Assembly: GCA_965112155.1 (NCBI GenBank)
Contig: OZ218101.1
Source of the DNA: Podarcis liolepis
Lineage: Eukaryota
Reading direction: 5' to 3' (one strand)
DNA: 64,000 bases
In this document: positions 22,901 to 32,720 of the stretch, piece by piece
Layout: every line of letters starts with the position of its first letter
Position numbering within the stretch: position 1 is the stretch's first letter
Program-made: the position numbers and the translations under genes
Notes under the pieces: model-generated
The model's input: only the letters and a program-made list of their open reading frames with translations
The model's database searches: none
Told to the model about the DNA's origin: nothing

Positions 22901-25684
22901 CGTTTCCATTTTGGCTTCATTGTTGTTAAATAAATCATGACATGGTGTAATATGTCATGTGTTGTTATTCATCTGAGGTTGCATTTTCCAAATCTTAAGA
23001 CCTGCTAAGGAACAGATGGTTGTTATTATATCCCCATATGTAAAACCACAGAATTCAAAGAGGGTGTACTTTTCTTTTTCCCATGACTGTATAACCCATT
23101 AAATCAAGAGAAAAGTAACACTTCTTACTTTGCGTTATGTGAGAGCTGTTTTGGAATGTGCAGTTGACGAATCACAATGGTAGTTCATGGATTCCACTCA
23201 CACAGCACATTGTTCTTCAGGAAGATGGGCCTAATGCCAGTTATTTTTGCAAAAATCTAGCTGAACCCTGAAGTGTGCGTTGGTTAAACAGAAGGGCTAG
23301 GTATCAGTTCTTGATAGTGACAAGACAAGATTTTGAATTTGACATACCTAGAACTTGAAAACATTACATACATTCCAAATTGAATATAGCCCCCCCCCCA
23401 TGTTTGTTACCCAGTCAGCTTGCTCAGCTTGGGGTACAATAAGAGATTGCACTTGTGTGCGGTTTTTAAAATGAAACTAAAACAAGTAAGACATAACAAC
23501 AACAACAAAACATGCCATATTCTCTGCTCTCCCACCTCCCTAGCCCTCAGTGGTACAGTTAGATTACAAATCCATTAAGAATTATTATGCTTATCAGTTT
23601 TGTTTTGTTGTGCAGCTTGGAATAATTGGAAGGAGTTCAGGTGTTTTGTTTACCCACTCCAGTGGAGATAAAGATCATCAGCTTGTTGCCATGATGCGAT
23701 TTGATGTTCATATATCAGTTAGGATAGCCATATCTGTCATAGCATGGGTGATAATCTGTCTGTCCTGTGATTGTTATTAAGACATGAAAAACGGCTACCA
23801 AACCATGAAAGAAAGTGCATTTTGTGTGCTATAATTAAATAAGGTATCTTGTAAACCACTCAACTAAAGCAGCTGTGTAAGGATACAAAGAAACTGCGCT
23901 TCCTTAAGTTTTAACCTGCTTTTGATATAGGTGAGCTGCAACTTTGAACCTCATCTTCGAGGAAATGTTTACGTTCAGTACCAAACGTAAGTATTTAAAA
24001 TTTAGTAGTTGGTAAACTGAATGAGAAATCATAAGGAAGGTTTATGTGGTATGGGTGGGTATATTGGTAAAGCTCTTTCCCAGGAAAGATGGCTAATTCT
24101 CCATATTGATGCAATATCACTTGATTGAATTGTATTGATTTTATGAGGTTCTAATAATACTTTTTTATTTTTAAAGAGAACAAGAATGTCAGCAGGCTTT
24201 TGCTTTATTCAATGGTCGATGGTATGCAGGTCGGCAGCTTCAATGTGAATTTTCTCCAGTAACAAGGTGGAAAACAGCTATTTGTGGTAAGTCAGTGAAA
24301 ACCTCCAGCTCTAACAGCTGATATCTTTCAGCCTAAATGTCTTTCATGTAATTGAATTATACATAAATTATAATTTTAAAGTGAATGCAACTGATAGGGT
24401 GTTGGCCCTATCGACACATTGGATAGTATCTTATTTGAAAGATCCCGTTCTGCATTAAGTAATAAATAAGTTTCCACACCTTTGAGTACATCAGGAGATA
24501 TCATGTGTATTCGAACCCACCATGCTACACCTTGGCATCACAGTATCAAGCATTTCCTATATTCAAAAATACAATTGTGAAACAGGGATTGTACCTATAT
24601 ATATATATACACTATACAAGACACAAGATAGCACCTATGAGAGATGATGCCAGGGCCCAGCAGTAGCAGCTGTTTCTGAGTCAGTGCATTTGCTAGAGCT
24701 GCTGGCTTCCACGCCCTGAATATGGTTCACTGATACCTCTGGTAGGGATGCCTGGGCCACACTGAGCTGTCTGATACAAGTTGATGGGCCTTCCGCTTGA
24801 CTGCCGTGTGGTTAGACAGAAGCAGATATCGCAGTTGCTAGAATACACCTAAAAGTGAACAAGATCATATATGACTCTGATTCAAACTTGCCTTTCTGTC
24901 CATGTGATATCAAGATAAGGGGCAATATCTAGCTGTGACTTCCAGCTTAGGCAACAGACTTCTGCTTGCACCAACGGGATTTGCTCTTCCTCTCCTGCAC
25001 CACTTTAAAATCTGCAACGGGGACAGAATCCAACTGTGTCTTCAAATGCAACATTGATTTCCTACAGTTATTAAAACGAGACATGATCCACCCCTTTCAC
25101 CCATACATCTGTGATAAAAAATATCATGCAGATAAAAATAAACATAGAAGTGTCCACTGAGTCTATTTAGCTTTCAAATGTTATAATTACGGTTGTCTTC
25201 AGACTTTGATAATCAGTTTCAAAATTGGTTTTCAGGTTTGTTTGAAAGGCAAAAGTGTCCAAGAGGGAAGCATTGCAACTTTCTTCATGTGTTCAGAAAT
25301 CCAAACAATGAGTTCTGGGAGGCCAACAGAGATATTTATAATACCTCGGAATGGACCAAAGAGGCAAGTAAATATTCAGAAAGGAGAAATAGAGCGGGAT
25401 ACCATGAAAACTATTACAGCAGGTCAAGAAGAAGAAGTAGTCAAAGTCCAGATCACGCTTACAGCAAAAGAAACGGAGACTCTGAAAGGGAAAAGCGTTA
25501 TCACAAACGTAAGAAAAGACAATTTCCTGAGAGGTCACGAAGTCGTGGAAGGCGACGGTCACGCAGTAAGAAGAGGCGAGGCCGGAGTCGCAATAGGAGC
25601 CCAACCCGTAGCCGTAGCAGAAGTTCCTCTCGGTCGAGAAGTCGAGGTAGAAAACGATCCAGCAGCAGAGGCAGAAATAGTTGA
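10517..25684 (+). CDS. ZRSR2: ZRSR2 (U2AF35-related splicing factor; coiled coil, CCCH-UHM-CCCH, RS tail), 11 coding exons, 1401 nt / 466 aa
   Basis: Exons 10517-10572, 12613-12692, 13215-13299, 15965-16073, 16855-16941, 20109-20147, 21081-21196, 22256-22469, 23931-23986, 24177-24286, 25236-25684. All introns are GT-AG and phases are consistent. Peptides [51 protein letters not shown] and CPRGKHCNFLHVF match ZRSR2. Confidence 0.96.
11307..11532. mobile_element. Tigger/pogo-type MITE
   Basis: TIR CAGTGGTACCT(T/C)GGGTTA; TA TSDs. Confidence 0.85.
12613..12692 (+). CDS. ZRSR2: ZRSR2 exon 2
   Basis: [28 protein letters not shown]/GT flanks. Confidence 0.95.
12888..13056. mobile_element. Tc1/mariner (Tc2-like) MITE, short version
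   Basis: TIR CCGTATTTTT..; TA TSDs. Confidence 0.85.
13215..13299 (+). CDS. ZRSR2: ZRSR2 exon 3 (acidic)
   Basis: Polypyrimidine acceptor, donor AG|GTAAAT; phase fits. Confidence 0.9.
13348..15196. mobile_element. Tc1/mariner (Tc2-like) MITE with expanded palindromic interior
   Basis: TIRs CCGTATTTTTCGCCCCATAAGACGCAC / GTGCGTCTTATGGGGCGAAAAATACGG; TA TSDs at 13346-13347 and 15197-15198. Confidence 0.9.
13735..14990. repeat. GC-rich array of alternating inverted ~33-bp arms, with a 193-bp higher-order unit
   Basis: Arm GCAGTCCGCTGCCGCCCCAAGCCT(C/G)GCGCACCC and its reverse complement alternate; units start at 13934, 14127, 14320, 14513. Confidence 0.95.
15965..16073 (+). CDS. ZRSR2: ZRSR2 exon 4
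   Basis: QRLHEEWLLREERAQEAF. Confidence 0.95.
16593..16719 (-). mobile_element. Penelope-like element terminal fragment
   Basis: Typical squamate PLE end (GGTAGCCGTGTTGGTCTG..GCACCTTAAAGACCAAC..GAGCTTTCGTG..CTTCTTCAGATAC); 11-bp flanking repeat CAAAAAAAGTA (16582-16592, 16720-16730). Confidence 0.75.
16681..16718 (-). ncRNA. Minimal type I hammerhead ribozyme motif
   Basis: Minus strand reads GUAU-CUGAAGA-A-GUGUG(CAUG)CACAC-GAAA-GC-UC-AUAC: conserved core, stem I GUAU/AUAC, stem II, palindromic mini-stem III. Confidence 0.75.
16855..16941 (+). CDS. ZRSR2: ZRSR2 exon 5
   Basis: QRIKEEWEEQQRKEQEEE. Confidence 0.92.
17903..18053 (-). mobile_element. tRNA-derived SINE with CR1-like tail
   Basis: Minus-strand A/B-box-like head and GGACTATATGATCC..TTCGAACTCTACAATTCCATGATT tail; a related copy lies at ~57140-57262. 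Confidence 0.6.
18400..19010 (-). mobile_element. Degenerate L2-like LINE fragment
   Basis: Translation ..LHCLPI..FKV..KALNSCGPGYL resembles L2; boundaries approximate. Confidence 0.6.
19024..19189. mobile_element. hAT MITE
   Basis: TIRs CGGTGGCGGAG / CTCCGCCAGTG; 8-bp TSD CTCAGAAA/CTCAGAAT. Confidence 0.75.
20109..20147 (+). CDS. ZRSR2: ZRSR2 exon 6
   Basis: EAVQKMLDQAESQ; TAG|..CAG|GTATGT. Confidence 0.92.
21081..21196 (+). CDS. ZRSR2: ZRSR2 exon 7 (start of CCCH1)
   Basis: [28 protein letters not shown]. Confidence 0.95.
22256..22469 (+). CDS. ZRSR2: ZRSR2 exon 8
   Basis: CSRRHNHPTSS..FYEDVLPEFRNVGKVIQFK. Confidence 0.97.
22885..23091. mobile_element. Tc1-like transposon terminal fragment
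   Basis: End GAGGGTGTACTTTTCTTTTTCCCATGACTG|TA resembles Tc1 TIRs. Confidence 0.5.
23931..23986 (+). CDS. ZRSR2: ZRSR2 exon 9
   Basis: VSCNFEPHLRGNVYVQYQ. Confidence 0.96.
24177..24286 (+). CDS. ZRSR2: ZRSR2 exon 10
   Basis: [36 protein letters not shown]. Confidence 0.96.
25236..25684 (+). CDS. ZRSR2: ZRSR2 exon 11 (CCCH2 and RS domain, stop)
   Basis: LFERQKCPRGKHCNFLHVFRNPNNEFWEANRDIY..RS repeats; TGA 25682-25684. Confidence 0.96.
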
Positions 25685-25995
25685 ATTTGTTGCTGAACTA
25701 CTTTTCAAGATACTTGTGGATATAAAAATTTGGTGCTTACCAGAGCTGTTGCATACTAGAGACTTGTCTGTGCCCTAGAAATAGAGCTGATGTGGGCTAT
25801 CTTTATTTTTGGCAATGATTATTTAAGGGAATACATCTCACAATATTCAAAACTTGTTTACCCAAGTATTTGTTATTCTGTCATGGAAATCTGGTGTTCT
25901 TTATAAATCCCTCCTCCTCATTCTAATGTAAACAGTGTACCTTAGTTAAGCAATTGTGCCAAGGTTCTACCTATCTTTTTGTTTAGAAATTTGTA

Positions 25996-26001
25996 AATAA
26001 A
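25996..26001 (+). terminator. Probable ZRSR2 polyadenylation signal AATAAA
   Basis: First AATAAA seen after the stop, followed by a GT/T-rich tract. Confidence 0.65.
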
Positions 26002-27619
26002 TTCAGTGCGTGATTTTGTTTCTTAAAATGGCAAAATAACTTTTTGGTGGATGGGATACAAAAAGCCCTTTTTAAAAATTATTTAGAACTGTTAGGGCTA
26101 AGGTGGGGGCAAAACTAACAAGGCATGGTTCTTACGCTGCAGCTATCGTCCTTTGTTTGCACGTGAAATGTTTTGGTATACCAATTCAGGGAGTAGTTCA
26201 AAACAAGCAACTTGGCTAATGTGTTTGGTCCAAGTGGAAGGCAACAGAGCACACGATAAAACACATGTATACATAACCACATCTTTCTGGATCAGCATAA
26301 CCTACTCCAAAGTGTAAAATACAGCTCTTATTTCAGGGGGTATTGCTAGGAACAAATGAGCTGCTGTGTGTGGAGTCAAGAGGCTGTGTTTTCTAATGTA
26401 TTTTTTTCTTGCTTGCAAGTATAGGAAAAGTTTAGTATTACTGGCCTCTGAAGACGTGTTTGTTGTTCTGATATTGGAATACAGATCTAAAGCACTAATG
26501 TGCATCCTCTTATATAAGACGAGTTACTGCAATTCTTTAGGTCTTTATCAGAATTGGGAAATGGGTTGCCCAGTTTTAGCCCCGCTTCAGACACCTATTC
26601 TTAGCCATATGGATTCCTGTAATTATTTCTTGTAATTTGCAGGATCCACCTGGGACTCTCTTCTAAACCTTCAGATCCCAAGTCATGTATCATTCAGATT
26701 AAAACACTGTGCAAAAGCATAGCTCTCAGGTGTTTTAGTGCAAGTGTTATTCTAATGCACTAGCTTTAGCAAACATCAGCTGTGAGCAGACAGTCTCTTT
26801 TTGGAATGTGGGTTTCTAGATGTTCAGCCAGGGGTAAAAAATATTAGGTTGAGGGGAGCTTATGTGAAAGTTATTGAAAGCTGTTTGCCTAGAAGCATTA
26901 TTCATGGCTTTCTGGTGCCTGGAACTTACTGTCAAAGGGGTTTGCAGAAGCCCTATTCAGCTGTCTTATGTGATTACAATTCCAAAAGGGCAGAAAGCAG
27001 GGATGTGCTTCCTGATTCTGCTCCTTCCATCTCATCATATTTGGCAGTGGAGAGCTGCTGTAAGGTAAGTTTGTGCAAGTTACAGACATAAATGTATGCA
27101 GAGTTCACATACAGCAGTTACCCAAACTACATGAAAGGTGTATAGACAGGGCCAGGAACTGAAATCCTGCTCCATTTCCATGTGTAACTGTGAGCTGGAT
27201 AATGCTACAAAGCAGGTAATCAAGAACTGCCACAAACAGTTTACAATAGATTTGAAGAGCACTTTAAGTTAAGGTGATGCTGCCATCACACTTTTTAAAG
27301 GTATAATAGGCTTCTGGGTCTAGGAGAGGCACATACTGAGAATAATTATTTCTGTATATTACATCACCAATGAGGATTACTGGTACTTTTTATTCATTTA
27401 GGGTAGACACACCACACCTATGAAAAGTAAAATTTTGGTATAGTATATTAAACTACCCTGAGTTAATCTCAAAAAACTTCATTCAATAGGTATAGACTAA
27501 ACTTGTACCAAAAATTTTTTATAGCAGTAAGAAAAATCCATTTTACAGTGTGAGAAGAAAGTCTCATAAAGAGAACTGTCTGCCCACCACCTGAAGAGCG
27601 TGGCCAGAAAAGAGCATTG

Positions 27620-28500
27620 ATGGGTTGTGTCTTGGCCCCATGGTCCTTGTACTTTGGTGTGCTGCAAGACACAATTATGTTGCCAATGCTGTTTAATAGC
27701 TGTGTTAGGAGCAGTCATTCACAGATTGGGGGGAAATGTCTTATGTTGATGATACCCAGCTCTAGATTTCTTCATATCATGAGTCAGGAAAGGCAGAGCC
27801 TAGTCTGGAATGCTGTCCAGAGGCATTTGTGGAATGGATGGGTAATAAGCCAAGCTTAAACCCAGGGTAGTTCCAATTCCAGGAGATGGATTGGCCATCT
27901 GCCTGTCTAGGATGGGTGTTACTCTCCTTTTGTCAGAACATGTGCATAGGTTGGGGGGTCTCCTGGATCCATCTTTGCTGCTGAGGCTTTTACCTGCTAT
28001 GGTTAGTGTTCCAATCACAGCCCTTCTTGGACAGGGATGACGTGGCTACGATGATTTATACATTGATAACCTCGACTTTTACTATTGCAGTATGCTATTA
28101 TGTGCCCAGCCCAGAAGCTCCAACGGGTACAAAATACTGGCTAGACTAGTTAAGCTACTGTCAGCACATACCTGGCGCTTAAATGTTTTCACTGGCTGCC
28201 CCCGTTACTAGGACAGGGTCAAGGTTCCTATGTTAATTTGCAATATCCTTAACCCTGGAATTCTAGCCTGATCACAGAGATCTTTGGCGAAGTCTCTTTT
28301 GGTGGCTCAGATGAACTGCTCACAACTACTACAAACTGCATTCAAGTGAGATCCTTGCTGAACTCTGGATCCATTCTTTTTTGCTTCAGTCATTTTACAA
28401 CTGTTGGCTTTATGATGTTAATTGTTCTTGTTTTCCTGACTCATTTTCTGTGAACTATTTTTATGCACATCACCTAGAAGTACAAATAATCACTTCTATT
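27620..28500 (+). mobile_element. Degenerate L2-like LINE fragment
   Basis: Remnants of GVPQG-like, LGGLLDPSL and HWLP motifs; boundaries approximate. Confidence 0.55.
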
Positions 28501-28652
28501 TCTTTACAAGTAAATATAAACAAGAGACCATACAGAGCAGATTGGGTACTGGAGCTGGTTGCTGGAGAAGGAAAAGAATGGCCATTATTCAGTCACAAGA
28601 CATTTGAGAGCTAACACAGTTTAAAGAGCTTCTCCCTCATCCAATCACACTA

Positions 28653-28872
28653 CAGTGGTACCTCGCAAGACGAATGCCTCGCAAGACGAAATAGTTTTTC
28701 GTTTTTTGAGTTGCTTCGCAAGACGAATTTCCCTATGGGCTTGCTTTGCAAGACGAAAACATCTCGCAAGTTTGTTTACTTTTTCGTAAAACCGTTAATA
28801 CCCAGGAAACCGTGCTTCGCAAGGCGAAAAACCTCACAGAACGAATGAATTTCGTCTTGCGAGGCACCACTG
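28653..28872. mobile_element. Tigger-type MITE (CGCAAGACGAA internal repeats)
   Basis: TIR CAGTGGTACCTCGCAAGACGAA; TA TSDs; same family as 45422-45684. Confidence 0.85.
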
Positions 28873-29494
28873 TATTTGCAACCCTCTTCCCCCCAAAAGA
28901 CAGGATCTGCTAAGAGTACAATCAGCTACAGTAATTGTCGGGGTGGGGTGGGGATAGATTTTCTATGTTCCCCAACCTCAACAGCTATATGCAAGTTTAT
29001 TTTGGAGAATAAACAAATAATAATCACAAATAAGGTAAACATTTTCTGCTGTAATCAGAGCTGTAGGTGTGGTACAACACAACTGCATTCAGCATCTTTG
29101 GCGTGCCAGAGGGAGTGCTAGCTTGGTGTGGCTGTAGTCTTAGGGCTACACAATTATGCTTTAATGGATGGATTATACCTGCTGAAGACTGCAAATCAGA
29201 GAAACGACATTTATTGTGGTAAGGGATATGGCTTCAACAAGCTGCTCAGCTCTTACCTCCCTCTCCATGAACAATTTGCATAAAGTAGTAAAAGTGAATT
29301 ACACAGTGGAATAATTTGTTCTCGTCTCACAATCTAGACTTTGTTTTTACAAAACACCCACATCTTTGACTTCGGAGGTAAATATATACCACTGGGAAAC
29401 ATTTAAAAGTCAACTTCGAGCCCTGCAGTTCTTTAAAAACAAAACAAAACTCTAAACTTCTAAAAAGAGTTATTTTGGCAGGCTACTTACCCAT

Positions 29495-29862
29495 CAGTGT
29501 TCGAAACTCCCATTGTTCTCGGCACATTAGTGACAGGGAAATTCATTAGCGTGAGCAGTTTCTGAGCTCTGGGAGCCTAAGATTTCAGATTAAAACTGCA
29601 GAGTGGAAGGAAAGGAGGACCTTTTTCTGCCTCCACACTTCCAGCTACTCTCTGAAGACTGAGAAGAGAATATTAGGGGGGCGGGCAGGGAAAGGACTAG
29701 ACCATATGGGAAATGAACATAGTATCTTAGCTGCGGTTCATTTGTTTTCAGTTTCGTATTCTTGTTATAAAAAGCGTGCCTAGACATTCCGTTGTTGCAA
29801 CCATAACCTAGCTATAAGGTGCCATTTAGCTCCTATCTTTCATATCTCAGTTCCTAACACTG
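29495..29862. mobile_element. hAT MITE
   Basis: TIRs CAGTGTTCGAAACT / AGTTCCTAACACTG; 8-bp TSD TTACCCAT/CTACCCAT. Confidence 0.7.
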
Positions 29863-30077
29863 CTACCCATGAACTTTCAGTTGATAATGTTCATTTCCAA
29901 AGGCCAGAAAACAACCAGGAATAATAATCTGTCAATAAATTTGTTTTGAATGGAAAGGTGGTTATCTAGACACTGATTTTCTTAAGCAATTGAGATAAAC
30001 CTAAATGTAACTGAGGAGATAAATTGTTGATGCTTTTAAACAAGTCTCTAAAATTTATGTCTCCTGTGAATTACACC

Positions 30078-30213
30078 AGAGCTGGGGTAGCCAACACAGT
30101 GCCCTTCGGATGTTGCTGGACTACAACTCCCATCATCCCTGGCCACTGGCCATGTTGGCTGAGGCTAATGGGAGTCCTTACAATATCTGGAAGGCACCAC
30201 AATGGCTACCCCT
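30078..30213. mobile_element. Short hAT-Charlie-like MITE (GGACTACAACTCCCATCATCCC family)
   Basis: Family motif also at ~4882-5016, ~32960-33066 and ~50927-51062; boundaries approximate. Confidence 0.6.
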
Positions 30214-30845
30214 GCAATAGAGTACCACAATACTAATTCTGAAATGATGGGAAAACGGATAAACACCTTATATAGAATATTGTTATAGGCCTGCAAGAAT
30301 ACATGGTGGCCTGAGGAATGATGATACGACCTGAAGAATGATACCTTTGTTTAAAAACTGAAATGACTTTTGTTAAAGGTAAATAAGTAGATATTTGGTG
30401 CTTCTGTGAGGGATGAGATTGTAAAAATGAAAAACAAAAAAACCCCAGCTGTATATGAACTATTGTTTATAACTGATTTGCAAGTAAGTAAAGAAAAAAA
30501 CACAAAAGAAAAACACCTTATAAACTAAGATGTGCTACAGAATAAAGTTTTGTTTCTATAAATTGTGTTCTAATACTTCCACTGACTGTATGTCTATGTT
30601 TTTAAACATGGACAACTGGTTAAACAAACAAACTAACAAACAAAACTCCCGAAAAACACAAAGTACTTTTTCTTAGAAAAAAATGTATATTGTCATATGC
30701 TTGCTGTTAAAAAAATCATCTACTGCATTACAAGTGCTATATTTAACTGTCAAGAAAAAGATTAAAATTCTTAACCGTAAAAGGAAACGAATTATTTCCG
30801 CAAGTTTCTGAACAGACAGACATAGCAATGGAGTAAAAATGAACA

Positions 30846-30851
30846 TTTATT
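30846..30851 (-). terminator. Candidate AP1S2 polyadenylation signal AATAAA
   Basis: TTTATT on the plus strand ~1.8 kb past the stop; T-rich sequence downstream on the minus strand. Confidence 0.5.
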
Positions 30852-32672
30852 ACAACTCAACTGGTGTGATACTAAGACAGTGTCCACACAGCTTATGTCA
30901 CAGTCACAACAAAGCTTCCAACCAAGCACATACAAGGCAACATTGTAAACCTTAAACATGGTTTGAATACACATTAAAAAAATTGCTTTCAACTTTTTAA
31001 AATGTCAAGTAATTCGATCACTTCAACATCACACAGAGGGCCACTCTAATGTCTCTTGAAACTCATTCCAGATTTTCTGTGAGTGAAATGTAGAACAGGG
31101 TTCCTGGGTATCTTATGCAAACATGATATTTTCATAACTTCTCCTTTGTGATTATGGCATGAAGCCATGATCTTTCAAATGCCTGGCACAGCTTATAAAG
31201 TATTTGGATGCTTTGGAACACAGTAATCACAGCAAATAGACCCACAGGAGGGGAACTTGATAGTCATATTATTGGAAAGGCGTGCAGTAACACACACAAA
31301 CACAATGTGCAGGAAGTCACACTGCTTTCAACAGCAGGTGTTCTGTACTGGGGTTCTGCACTATGTGAAGTGTAGGACATGCAGGGAAATGCAAGACAGA
31401 GTAAAACAGAGTTTGACTTTGTGAAGTTCATGTTGCCTGATCCTATGCATGTTTATATGGTAGTAAATCCTGCTTTGTTCAATAGGACTTAATGTTTTAT
31501 TCTGTTTTTAATCTGTTGGGAGCTGCCCAGAGTGGTTGGGGAAACCCAGCCGGACAGGCAGGGTATAAATAATAAATTATTATTATTATTGTTTTATTAT
31601 TATTATTATTACTTACTGCCAAATAAGTATTTGCAGCCTTTTGAAAAACTAGCTGAGGTAAGGTATGCCAATGACTTAAAGAGTTTGTGTGTAATGTTTG
31701 CTTCTAGTGTGTTCAGATTTGAACACACTAGAAGTGTTCAAAGATAGGGAGTAAACCTATCCTTGCAAAGTAGAATGAAAAACGAAAAACCATGATTAAC
31801 ACACAGATTGTCAGATTATCAAAATAGCTACTTGAGTTCTGATTTAAGTATAGTTGATATACTTGGAGAAAGGTAGACAGATGTGTTGTAACGTTCTCTT
31901 CTTACATTTTTCCCTTTGAGATTATGTCATCTCAATGACTTCTGGCTTAATACTGCTTTACACTTTTGAAAGGATTACATGTGCAATCAAGAAAGCTAGT
32001 AAAAAATAAGTTTTTTAACAGAAAATTCCATGTAGCCTCAGCAGGTTTCCCTTTGTACATTAACTCAGTTTTCTGACTGAATTTCACACTGTACAATTTC
32101 ATTCTGATACAAGTTCTGTTTACAACCCTGTTGCTAGAAAGAAAACAACTAACATCTCGCAACAGATCTTGAACTTGCAGATCTCAATAGAATTCTTTGG
32201 TATTATGAACAGCTGCAAAACAGTTGTTTCTCCCCAATCTAACAACCTAAACTGAGTATAACAAATGCTGACTTTATAGTAAAAGTCTTTGGTTACACAA
32301 AACCAAATTAACACATTTCGACTGGTTGCCATATGGAATTGTTTCTTTTCAGTACTTGATACATTATGTATGGCATTTTACAAAATATATTTACTAAAAT
32401 TGCCATTTATGACTCATCAATGCTTGTAAATTACTGTGGCTTAAATCACTGCAATATCCCTTTTCTCCCAGAAAAATGTTTTTAAATCTTTCATTCCCTT
32501 GTTTTTAAATTTTACAGTAAATGGATTTTTTCTTGTAGGCCTAAAAGATGTAGCTCAGCAGAACAGTAATACTGACAAATAGCATCATAACACCATTAGC
32601 TAACAATAAATGAAGGCAGTGAACATTTAGTTATGCGGAAACATCACACAAGACATCAGCAAAGAAGGAAGT

Positions 32673-32720
32673 TTATGTCAGTCCAATTTCTTCGAGTACA
32701 CTACGAGGGGTTTCCGCTTC
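32673..32720 (-). CDS. AP1S2: AP1S2 terminal coding exon [15 protein letters not shown]
   Basis: CCACAG| acceptor, TAA stop. Confidence 0.96.
   Translation of the reverse strand, partial: EAETPRSVLEEIGLT

Noticed and set aside
23901-23930. U12-type branch-site-like TCCTTAAG upstream of ZRSR2 exon 9
   Set aside because: The intron donor is GTAAAA, not the U12 RTATCCTT consensus; no minor intron is supported
25206-25778. 190-aa overlapping ORF in ZRSR2 last exon
   Set aside because: Alternative frame of the RS-rich exon, with no independent support
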